Shown here piece after piece: positions 47,176-55,156 of a stretch of DNA of 58,433 nt. Every line of letters starts with the position of its first letter. The stretch's first letter is position 1. Location of the stretch: positions 1-58,433 of the forward strand of contig JBBIKA010000003.1 in NCBI GenBank assembly GCA_037445695.1, read 5' to 3'. The notes under the pieces were generated by a model. The model was not told the origin of the DNA, made no database searches, and saw nothing but the letters and a program-made list of their open reading frames with translations. The DNA comes from Chloroflexota bacterium. Lineage in GTDB: Bacteria; Chloroflexota; Anaerolineae; CG2-30-64-16. Made by a program: the position numbers and the translations under genes.

Positions 47176-49395
47176 ATGCGCATCGGTATCATCACCAGCG
47201 GCGGTGATGCGCCGGGCATGAATGCCGCGATCCGGGCGGTCACGCGCTGCGCGCTCGACATCGGCATGGAGGTGATCGGCATCCACGAGGGCTGGCAGGG
47301 GGTGATCGAAGGGGGCGCCCGGTTCGAGCCGTTCAACTGGCGCAGCGCCGGCGGCATCCTCCAGTGGGGCGGCACGATCCTCGGCACCGCGCGCTCCGAA
47401 GCGTTCCGCACGGTCGCCGGCCGCCGCCAGGCGGCCCGCAACCTGGTACTGGCCGGCATTGACGGCATGGTGGTGGTAGGCGGCGACGGCTCGCTGACGG
47501 GCGCGCTGCTCCTCCACCAGGAGTGGCCGGAGCACCTGAAGGCGCTGGCGGCCGAAGGCGCGATTCCGGCTGAAAAGGCACAAGACCCGGCCCCGTTTCG
47601 CATCGTCGGCTTGCCCGGTTCCATAGACAACGACCAGTACGGCACCGACATGAGCATCGGCGCGGACACCGCGCTCAACACCATCGTCGAGGCCGTGGAC
47701 AAGCTCAGTTCCACGGCCGATTCGCACCAGCGCACCTTTGTGGTCGAGGTCATGGGCCGGCGTTGCGGCTACCTGGCCCTGATGAGCGCCCTGGCCACCG
47801 GCGCCGACTGGGTGCTGATTCCAGAGGAAGAGCTGGATCCGCGCTGGCACTATCGCATGGTAGATGCGCTCAAGCGCGGCCGCGCGGCCGGCCGACGCCA
47901 CGATCTGATCATCTTTGCCGAGGGCGCGCGGCACAGCGACGGCCTGCCGATCCGCGCCGAGACGATCACCGAGATCCTAAAGACGCGCATGGGGGTCGAA
48001 GGCCGCGTGACCGTGCTGGGCCATGTGCAGCGGGGCGGCTCGCCTACCGCGTTCGAGCGCGTGCTGGCGTCGCGGCTGGGCGAGGCGGCGGTAGAGTATC
48101 TGGCCGGCCCCGACCCTACGCCGGTGATGATCGGCCTGGTCGCCAATCAGCCGAAGGCGACGCCGCTGACCGAGGTGGTGGCCAAGAGCCAGGAGGTCAA
48201 CGCGCAGATGGACCTGGGCCAGTTCGAGGAGGCCCTGAAACTGCGCGGGCCCAGCTTCTTGGACACCCTTGACCTGGTCAAGACCTTGAGCCGGGCCGAG
48301 CCGAAGGAGGCGCTCCTGGATCGCGGCCGGGTGTGCCTGCTGACGGGCGGGCCCGACGCGCCGGGGATGAACGCCATCCTGCGCACGGCCCTGCGCATCG
48401 CCCGCAACGCCGGCCAGGATGTGATCGGCGCGCGCTACGGCTTCGGAGGCCTGGCCAGGGGCGACATGGTGCATCTGGGCTGGATGGACGTGCAGAACTG
48501 GATGGGCCTGGGCGGATCGGAGCTGGGCGCGGTGCGCCACGAGCTGACGGCCGACGAGATCCCGGCCATCGCGCGCACGGTCAGGGAATGGGACATCCGG
48601 GGGTTGATCGCCGTAGGCGGGCTGGAGACCTACGGCACAGTGGGCCGGCTGCTGGAAGCCCGCAACCGCCATCCGGAGTTGCGCATCCCCATTATCTGCG
48701 TGCCGGCCACCATCGGCAACAACCTGCCGGGCACCGAGTTCACCATCGGCGCGGACACCGCCCTGAACAACATCGTGGATGCGGTAGACAAGATCAAATA
48801 CACGGCGAGCGCGGCGCGGCGGGTGTACATCATCGAAGTGATGGGCCGACGCTGCGGCTATCTGGCGCTCACCGCGGGCATCGCCACCGGCGCGGAGATG
48901 GAACTGTTGCCCGAGGACGGCATCGCGCTCGAAGACCTGTTGCACGATACTGAGCTCTTGCGCCGCGGGTTCGACAGCGGCAAAAAGCTGGGCATCGTGA
49001 TCATCGCCGAAGACGCGTCGCCTTACTACGATACCGATTTCGTGCGGCGGGTCATTGATGCCGAGGCCCGCGGCGCGTTCGAGGTGCGCGTGTGCATCCT
49101 GGGCCATCTCCAGCGGGGGGGCGTGCCGACTGCGTTCGACCGCATCCAGGGCGCCCGGCTGGGCGCGCGGGCCGCGCAGCAGATCATGGACGACATCGCG
49201 GCCGGCCGGGATCAGGTCAATGTCATCGGCCTGGCACAACGCGGCATCCGCATCACCCCCTATGCGGAAGCCATGGCAAGCATGGACCTGGCCAACGGCC
49301 GGCCGCGGGAGCAGATGTTCCTCGGCTGGCGGCACCTGGCCGATAAACTGGCGCGGCCCGGCCCTGGGTGTATTGACAAACAACGGGATTTTTGA
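47176..49395 (+). CDS. pfk: Tandem-duplicated (eukaryote-type, ~740 aa) ATP-dependent 6-phosphofructokinase
   Basis: The N-half has SGGDAPGMN, GGDGS, PGSIDND and MGRRCGYLAL. The linker reads FEEALKLRGPSF. The C-half has degenerate motifs GGPDAPGMN, VGGLETY, PATIGNN and MGRRCGYLAL. GAGGAGGAGG RBS is present. Confidence 0.9.
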   Translation: MRIGIITSGGDAPGMNAAIRAVTRCALDIGMEVIGIHEGWQGVIEGGARFEPFNWRSAGGILQWGGTILGTARSEAFRTVAGRRQAARNLVLAGIDGMVVVGGDGSLTGALLLHQEWPEHLKALAAEGAIPAEKAQDPAPFRIVGLPGSIDNDQYGTDMSIGADTALNTIVEAVDKLSSTADSHQRTFVVEVMGRRCGYLALMSALATGADWVLIPEEELDPRWHYRMVDALKRGRAAGRRHDLIIFAEGARHSDGLPIRAETITEILKTRMGVEGRVTVLGHVQRGGSPTAFERVLASRLGEAAVEYLAGPDPTPVMIGLVANQPKATPLTEVVAKSQEVNAQMDLGQFEEALKLRGPSFLDTLDLVKTLSRAEPKEALLDRGRVCLLTGGPDAPGMNAILRTALRIARNAGQDVIGARYGFGGLARGDMVHLGWMDVQNWMGLGGSELGAVRHELTADEIPAIARTVREWDIRGLIAVGGLETYGTVGRLLEARNRHPELRIPIICVPATIGNNLPGTEFTIGADTALNNIVDAVDKIKYTASAARRVYIIEVMGRRCGYLALTAGIATGAEMELLPEDGIALEDLLHDTELLRRGFDSGKKLGIVIIAEDASPYYDTDFVRRVIDAEARGAFEVRVCILGHLQRGGVPTAFDRIQGARLGARAAQQIMDDIAAGRDQVNVIGLAQRGIRITPYAEAMASMDLANGRPREQMFLGWRHLADKLARPGPGCIDKQRDF

Positions 49396-49401
49396 TATAA
49401 G
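49373..49401 (+). promoter_or_regulatory. Near-consensus sigma-70 promoter candidate TTGACA-17 nt-TATAAG straddling the pfk stop codon
   Basis: TTGACA is at 49373-49378 and TATAAG at 49396-49401. It would give a leader of about 250 nt for the sugar ABC operon (start 49654). Confidence 0.4.
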
Positions 49402-49653
49402 GGATTTATACGATGACGGCCATGTCATGCTGTGCGTACATCCCCTTTGCGACCGCAATCCCTGGACGCCGTGCGCCGGATGTCGCTTGAGCGGTCGCAT
49501 TGCCCGACCGGAGAAAGGAGGCGAGGCCTGGAGGAGAGGTAAAAAACCGATCAGCCCAAAAACGATTCTGGAAGCAGCCGCCACTTCGGGCGGTTCGGAG
49601 ACAGGCGCTTTTCGATTTGTTTCTCTCACACGGTGAAAGGAGATTCTTTCGCA

Positions 49654-50991
49654 ATGAAGCAGCTCAATCGTCGTGAATTTCTCAAGTTCGGCGCGCTGGT
49701 CGCCGGCGGTGCAGCGCTGGCAAGCTGCGCGCCCGCCGCCCCCGCGCCGCAACAGCCGGCAGAGGCACCCAAGGCGACCGAAGCCCCCAAGGCCGCGGCC
49801 CCGGCAGCCGGCGCGCAAAAGCTGGAGATCTTCTCCTGGTGGACCTCCGGCGGCGAGATCGAAGCCCTCAACGGCCTGTTCGAAGTCTACAAGAAGCGCT
49901 ACCCCGGCGTTGAGATCGTCAACGCGGCGCTGGCCGGCGGCACCTCGTCGGGCGGCAACATGAAGGCCGTGCTCCAGACCCGCATGATGGGCGGCGATCC
50001 GCCCGAATCGTTCCAGGTGCACCTGGGCGGCGAGCTGATCGGCACCTACGTGAAGGCCGGCCAGATGGAGCCGCTGGACTTCCTCTACAAGGAAGAGGGC
50101 TGGGACAAGGTCTTCCCGGCCGAGCTGATCGAGATCGCCTCGTACGAGGGCAAGCCCTGGTCGGTGCCGGTGAACATCCATCGCTCCAACATGATGTGGT
50201 ACAATAAGAAGATGTTGGCCGATGTCGGCGCGGAACCGCCCAAGACCTGGGACGAGTGGTTCGTGTTGGCCGAGAAGCTCAAGGCCAAGGGACAACCGAC
50301 CCTGGCCATCGCCGAGAGCGGCGCCGGCTTCACGGCCCACGTCTTCGAGACGATGATGATCCCCGTGCTCGGCCCGGAAGATTTCAAGGGCCTCTTCACC
50401 GGCAAGACCTCGTGGGAAGACAAGCGCATCGCCACCGCGCTGGAGATCCTCAAGAAGGCGCTCGACTACGCCAACGCAGACTTCCTCAACGTGAGCTGGG
50501 GCGACGTAAACCAGCTCATGGTGGCGGGCAAGGTCGCTATGATCATCCAGGGCGACTGGACGCCGGGCGTGCTCTGGTCGCTGAAGTTCCAGGACTTCGG
50601 CTGGGCGCCGGCCCCAGGCAACGAAGGCATCTACCAGATGCTTTCCGACTCCTTCGGCCTGCCCAAGAAGGTCAAGAACCGCGAGGCGGCGATCAACTGG
50701 CTGCGGGTGTGCGGCTCGAAGGAAGGGCAGGATGCCTTCAACCCGGCCAAGGGTTCGATCCCGGCCCGCACGGACGCCGACATCACCAAGTACAGCGAGT
50801 ATCACAAGTGGGCGATGGAGCACTGGAAGAAGGACAAGCTGGTGCCCAGCATCGTCCACGGCGCCGCGGCCCCGGTCAGCTTCATGACCGATTTCATGAA
50901 CGCCATCAACGTCTTTGCCACGAAGAAGAACGTTGAAGAGACGCAGGCCGCGCTGGTCAAGGCTGCCAAGGATGCCGGTTTCCAGAAGTAA
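49654..50991 (+). CDS. CUT1-family sugar ABC transporter substrate-binding protein (Tat/lipoprotein signal)
   Basis: MKQLNRREFLKFGALVAGGAALASC plus an A/P-rich linker and family-1 SBP features (...EIFSWWTSGGE...). Confidence 0.9.
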   Translation: MKQLNRREFLKFGALVAGGAALASCAPAAPAPQQPAEAPKATEAPKAAAPAAGAQKLEIFSWWTSGGEIEALNGLFEVYKKRYPGVEIVNAALAGGTSSGGNMKAVLQTRMMGGDPPESFQVHLGGELIGTYVKAGQMEPLDFLYKEEGWDKVFPAELIEIASYEGKPWSVPVNIHRSNMMWYNKKMLADVGAEPPKTWDEWFVLAEKLKAKGQPTLAIAESGAGFTAHVFETMMIPVLGPEDFKGLFTGKTSWEDKRIATALEILKKALDYANADFLNVSWGDVNQLMVAGKVAMIIQGDWTPGVLWSLKFQDFGWAPAPGNEGIYQMLSDSFGLPKKVKNREAAINWLRVCGSKEGQDAFNPAKGSIPARTDADITKYSEYHKWAMEHWKKDKLVPSIVHGAAAPVSFMTDFMNAINVFATKKNVEETQAALVKAAKDAGFQK

Positions 50992-51928
50992 CGAAACCGC
51001 TGCGACAGGCGGGGGCGGCGTGGCCGCCCCCGCGAACGCACCACGCCGGCGGGCACTCAGGTTTCGTGGCGACCTGGCGCTCGCCATCGTGGTGCTGACG
51101 CCTTCTATCGTGGCGGTCGCCATCTTCATCTATTTCTTCATCGCCTACACCTTCTACGTGTCGGTGGTGAAATGGCCTACCCTGTTGCCCGATTACACCT
51201 TCGTCGGCCTGAAGAACTGGATCAACATGTTCCAGGACATGCGCTTCAGGATCGACATGCGCAACCTGGTGCTCTATGCGCTCGGGTTCATGACGCAGTG
51301 CATCGTGATCGGCTTCCTGCTCGCCTCCTTGCTCGACCAGAAGATCAAGAGCGAGGCGCTCTTCCGCACGATCTTCATCTTTCCGTTTGCCGTCTCCGGC
51401 ATCGTCACCGGCGTCGTCTGGCGCTGGCTGATGTACCCCTCGGCCGGCCTCAATCAGCTCTTCTCGCTGGTCGGGCTGGACTTTCTCAAGTCCAAGTGGT
51501 ATACTGATCCCACGTGGGGCATCCTGGCGGTGACGATCGCCTCGGCCTGGCAGTTCTCCGGCTACGTGATGGCGCTCTATCTGGCCGGTTTGCGGGGCAT
51601 CTCCCACGAGCTGAAGGAGGCCGCGGCCATAGACGGCGCCAACACGTGGCAGCTCTACCGGCGGATCATCATCCCGCTGCTGGCGCCGGTGACCTTTACG
51701 GCCGTTGTGCTCACCGGCATGGGTTCGATCCGCGTGTTCGACATTCCGGCGGTCCTGGGCACCGGCGCGGCGTTCAGCACCGACGCGCTGGCGTTTCATA
51801 TGTTCCAGCTCACCTTCCAGTCGAACAAAATGTCGTCGGGCGCGGTGATCGCCAGCGTCATGATCATCCTGGCCGGCTTTCTGGTGGGGCCCTACCTGGC
51901 GAGCCTGCAGTTGGAGGAATCGCAATGA
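50972..51928 (+). CDS. Sugar ABC transporter permease (MalF-like)
   Basis: EAA loop ...LKEAAAIDGANTWQLYRRIIIPLL.... The start is uncertain (ATG 50972 overlaps the SBP 3' end). Confidence 0.85.
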   Translation: MPVSRSNETAATGGGGVAAPANAPRRRALRFRGDLALAIVVLTPSIVAVAIFIYFFIAYTFYVSVVKWPTLLPDYTFVGLKNWINMFQDMRFRIDMRNLVLYALGFMTQCIVIGFLLASLLDQKIKSEALFRTIFIFPFAVSGIVTGVVWRWLMYPSAGLNQLFSLVGLDFLKSKWYTDPTWGILAVTIASAWQFSGYVMALYLAGLRGISHELKEAAAIDGANTWQLYRRIIIPLLAPVTFTAVVLTGMGSIRVFDIPAVLGTGAAFSTDALAFHMFQLTFQSNKMSSGAVIASVMIILAGFLVGPYLASLQLEESQ

Positions 51929-52752
51929 CGTTCCAACGAGCCTGGTCGCGCGGCGCGATCTATTTCGTGCTCATCGCCTTTGCCGCCTGGTACCTGATGC
52001 CGATCTATCTGATGCTCATCACGGGGATGAAGACCTTCGATCAGGTCAACATCGCCACCATGTGGGCCCTGCCGCGCGGCATCTCGCTGGACGGCTTCAG
52101 CCAGGCGTGGGTGAAGGTGGCGCCCAACTTCAAAAACAGCATCATGATCACGGTGCCGGCCGCGGTCATCTCGGCGTTCATCGGCTCGATCAACGGCTAC
52201 ATCTTTGCCAAGTGGAAGTTCCGCGGCTCCAACACCCTCTTCATGCTCTTCCTGGTCGGCATGTTCCTGCCCTATCAGGGGATCCTCATTCCCCTGGTGC
52301 AGACGCTGATGGCGCTGGGGCTGTACGGCTCGATCGTCGGCGTGATCTTTGTCCACTGCATCTTCGGCATCCCGATCACCGCGCTGATGTTCCGCAGCTA
52401 CTTCGCGGGCATCCCCAACGAACTGGTGGACGCGGCCAAGATTGACGGCTGTGGCTTCTTCGGGATCTACCGCTGGATCCTGCTGCCGATCGCGTTTCCG
52501 GCGTTCGCGGTCGTCCTCATCTGGCAGTTCACCACCATCTGGAACGATTACCTGATCGGCCTGGTGGTGGTGAGCAACCCGCGGCTGGCGCCGGTCAACG
52601 TGGCGGTGCAGAACCTGGCCGGCACTTATTACACCCAGTGGCAGGTGCAGATGTCGGGCGCGCTGATCGCCGCGCTGCCGACGATCATCGTCTATCTGGC
52701 GTTGGGCAAGTTCTTCATGCGGGGGTTGTTGGCGGGTTCGCTGAAGGGATGA
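51925..52752 (+). CDS. Sugar ABC transporter permease (MalG-like)
   Basis: ...LVDAAKIDGCGFFGIYRWILLPIA.... ATGA overlap with the preceding permease. Confidence 0.9.
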   Translation: MTFQRAWSRGAIYFVLIAFAAWYLMPIYLMLITGMKTFDQVNIATMWALPRGISLDGFSQAWVKVAPNFKNSIMITVPAAVISAFIGSINGYIFAKWKFRGSNTLFMLFLVGMFLPYQGILIPLVQTLMALGLYGSIVGVIFVHCIFGIPITALMFRSYFAGIPNELVDAAKIDGCGFFGIYRWILLPIAFPAFAVVLIWQFTTIWNDYLIGLVVVSNPRLAPVNVAVQNLAGTYYTQWQVQMSGALIAALPTIIVYLALGKFFMRGLLAGSLKG

Positions 52753-52773
52753 GGCCAAGCGAAGGGAACGGCG

Positions 52774-53742
52774 ATGGATCATAGCCAACTCGACCTGTTC
52801 CCCCCAGGCCGCCCAGGACGTGGGACGGCCGGCGAAAGAACGCGGCCGGTTGCGGCGCTGCCGACCGACCTGACCGCCGATTCCTCGTTGACGGCCGCCA
52901 TGACCGGCTTTCACGGCTACATGGTGCGCCAGGGCTTTTCCGATAACACGATCAAGTCCTTCCTGGCCGATCTGAACCTCTTCGGCCGCTATATCTCGCC
53001 CAACCGGCCCATCGGCCAGATCGGCCAGGCCGACGTGGAACAGTTCCTGGTCTGGATGCGCGTGGAGCGGGGGGTGCCGTGCAGCCCGAAGACGTATGCT
53101 CGGCGCCTCACGACCCTCAAGGTGTTTTTCGGCTGGCTGGCCGAAGCCCAAGTCTTGCCCAGCGACCCGGCCGCCGGCATCCCCCACGAGCAGCCCACCA
53201 CGCCCCTCCCCGAGATCCTGTACGACGAGCAGGTCAATGCGCTGCTGAACACGGCGCGCGATCTGCTATGGGCGCCCAAGCCCGACGCGCGGCCCTACCT
53301 GTTGGTCACCCTGCTCTTGCAGACGGGGATCAAAAAGAGCGAGTGCATGGAGATCAAGCTGGAGCACATTGACCTGTCGAACCCGCAGGCGCCCGTGCTC
53401 TACGTGCGCTACGCCGATCCGCGCCGGACGCTGAAGGAGCGCAAGCTGGCGTTGGGGCCCAACTTCACGCCGGCCTATCGGCAATACCTGCGCGAGTACG
53501 AGCCGAAGGAGTATCTCTTCGAATGCACGGCGCGCAACCTGGAGTACGTGTTGACCGATCTGGCGGCCATGGCGGGGATCGCGGGGGGTGTTTCGTTCGA
53601 ACAGTTGCGCTGGACGTGCGCCGTGCGGGACTACCGCAACGGCATGCCGGCCGACCGCCTGCGCGAAAAGCTCGGCCTCTCGCTGATCAGTTGGCGCGAG
53701 ACCCTGCCGAAAATCCAGAAGCTCGCGCGGCCGGCGCTATAG
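52774..53742 (+). CDS. Tyrosine-recombinase (XerC/D)-like protein with a degenerate active site
   Basis: SAM-like N-domain (...FLADLNLFGRYI...DVEQFLVWM...KTYARRLTTLKVFFGWL). The catalytic-domain scaffold is present, but by eye TGIKKSE replaces TGxRxSE, EQLRWTCAV replaces HxLRHTxAT, and LGLSLISWRETLPKIQKL has no Tyr nucleophile. Confidence 0.7.
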   Translation: MDHSQLDLFPPGRPGRGTAGERTRPVAALPTDLTADSSLTAAMTGFHGYMVRQGFSDNTIKSFLADLNLFGRYISPNRPIGQIGQADVEQFLVWMRVERGVPCSPKTYARRLTTLKVFFGWLAEAQVLPSDPAAGIPHEQPTTPLPEILYDEQVNALLNTARDLLWAPKPDARPYLLVTLLLQTGIKKSECMEIKLEHIDLSNPQAPVLYVRYADPRRTLKERKLALGPNFTPAYRQYLREYEPKEYLFECTARNLEYVLTDLAAMAGIAGGVSFEQLRWTCAVRDYRNGMPADRLREKLGLSLISWRETLPKIQKLARPAL

Positions 53743-53745
53743 CCT

Positions 53746-55110
53746 CTATTGCCCCTTGGTGAACAGCGGCAACAACTGCTGAAGCAGCGCCTGGTACTCC
53801 TCGTTGTTATCCAGATAGCTGCCGCCCCAGCCGCCGAGCGCATAGATCTTGTTGCCCAGGGCCACGACGCCCAGATTGCGCCACTGTCCGGCGATCGGCG
53901 TCTCGATCTGCGACCAGGCGTCGGCGGTCGCATCGTACTGCTCGTTGAAGCTGAGCGCTTCCGTCCAGCCGCCGCCGATGGCATACAGCCGCGCGCCCAG
54001 CGTCACCAGCCCCAGGCCCCCGCGCGGCCGGTTCAGCGCGGCGCGCGGTGACCACGGCCCCGCGGGCGTCCCCTCGGCCGCCGGGTCGTAGACCAGCACA
54101 TCGGCCAGCTCGCGCCGGCCATCGAACCCGCCGACCACGTAGATGCGGCCCTTCAGGGCGCTCGCCGCGTGAAAGCCGCGCGGCCCGGGCATGGCCAACC
54201 CGCTCGACCAGCGATCGCTCGCCGGATCGTAGATCAGCGTATCCGCGCGCCAGCGCGCGCCGTCCCATCCGCCGAAAAGATAGAGCCGGCCCTCCAGCGC
54301 CGCGGCCGCGTAGGCCGCCAGGGGGAAGGGAAGCCCCGCGCGCACCGCCCAGACGTCGGCCTGCGGGTCGTACACCTCCAGCACGTCGGTGCTCCGGCCA
54401 TCGGCGAGCGTGCCGCCGGCCACATAGAAGCGGCCGCCGATCCGGACGGCCGCGATGTTGGCCACCGCGGTCGGCTTGGCCGCGGCCGGCCGCCAGAGAT
54501 TGGCCGAGCGGTCGTAAACCAGCACCTGATCGGTGAGCCCGCCGGCCGTCTCACCGGCGATCACGTACAGGCGCACGTCATCGGTCGCCACGGCCATCCG
54601 GCTGCGCGCCGCAGGCAGGGGCGCTCTGACGATCCACCGCGAGGTCGTATTGCGCGTGACGGTTCCGCCCTGCACCCGGCCGCTGTCGCTGAACGGCGTC
54701 GCGTGGCCGTCCCGGCCGGGCACCTGCCACCAGGCCGACGCCAACAAGCCCACCGCGATCAGCCCGGCCACGAGCACCATGTAAATCCGCTGCCATGTCG
54801 CCAGCGGCGGCCTCCCCAGCGGCTCCTCGGCCGGCTCAACGATCGCCTCGGCCGGCGGAGGGGTCGCTTCGCCGGCGCCGACCGTCGGCAGCTCGCCGCC
54901 GACGGTCACCCAGCCCCGACGCACGGCCTCCATCGTCGCCTCGGTGCGCGATTGAACGCCCAGCTTCTCGAAAATGTTGCGCAGATGGACCTTGACCGTG
55001 TTGGGACTGATCACCAGCTCGCGCGCGATCTGCTGGTTGGTCTTGCCATCGGCCACCAGCTTCAACACCTCGATTTCGCGCTCGCTCAACGGACCGAGAT
55101 CGTCGGACAT
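53746..55110 (-). CDS. Membrane-anchored LuxR-family HTH regulator with an extracytoplasmic six-blade Kelch beta-propeller
   Basis: LSEREIEVLKLVADGKTNQQIARELVISPNTVKVHLRNIFEKLGV (LuxR HTH), a single TM IYMVLVAGLIAVGLLASAWW, then six Kelch-like blades (...RLYVIAG..., RFYVAGG, RLYLFGG, RIYVVGG, RLYAIGG, KIYALGG). Confidence 0.85.
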   Translation of the reverse strand: MSDDLGPLSEREIEVLKLVADGKTNQQIARELVISPNTVKVHLRNIFEKLGVQSRTEATMEAVRRGWVTVGGELPTVGAGEATPPPAEAIVEPAEEPLGRPPLATWQRIYMVLVAGLIAVGLLASAWWQVPGRDGHATPFSDSGRVQGGTVTRNTTSRWIVRAPLPAARSRMAVATDDVRLYVIAGETAGGLTDQVLVYDRSANLWRPAAAKPTAVANIAAVRIGGRFYVAGGTLADGRSTDVLEVYDPQADVWAVRAGLPFPLAAYAAAALEGRLYLFGGWDGARWRADTLIYDPASDRWSSGLAMPGPRGFHAASALKGRIYVVGGFDGRRELADVLVYDPAAEGTPAGPWSPRAALNRPRGGLGLVTLGARLYAIGGGWTEALSFNEQYDATADAWSQIETPIAGQWRNLGVVALGNKIYALGGWGGSYLDNNEEYQALLQQLLPLFTKGQ

Positions 55111-55156
55111 AGGAGCTCACCCCAGCGGCACATCGGCGGATCGGCATCGGCGACCG

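Noticed and set aside
42682-47934. 1750-aa minus-strand ORF, the longest in the window, antisense to the YfhO-Wzx and pfk genes
   Set aside because: Its composition is dominated by R/G/A/P/Q/H/E runs with no recognisable domain. It is exactly antisense to two well-supported genes. This is a typical stop-poor antisense frame in high-GC DNA.
47977-51129. 1050-aa minus-strand ORF antisense to pfk and the sugar-binding protein gene
   Set aside because: Same reasoning: low-complexity Arg/Gly/Ala-rich translation, no motifs, and complete overlap with strongly supported plus-strand genes. The same applies to 8904..10382, 11401..12594, 14738..16138, 23876..25264, 29761..31197, 32178..33236, 33357..34625, 34663..35736, 35606..36565, 40950..42857, 51892..53187 and 54974..57010.
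52774-53742. Integrase as a marker of an integrated prophage or genomic island
   Set aside because: No flanking direct repeats, tRNA gene, excisionase or phage/conjugation genes were seen. The neighbours are sugar-metabolism genes, and the recombinase-like protein appears to lack its catalytic residues.
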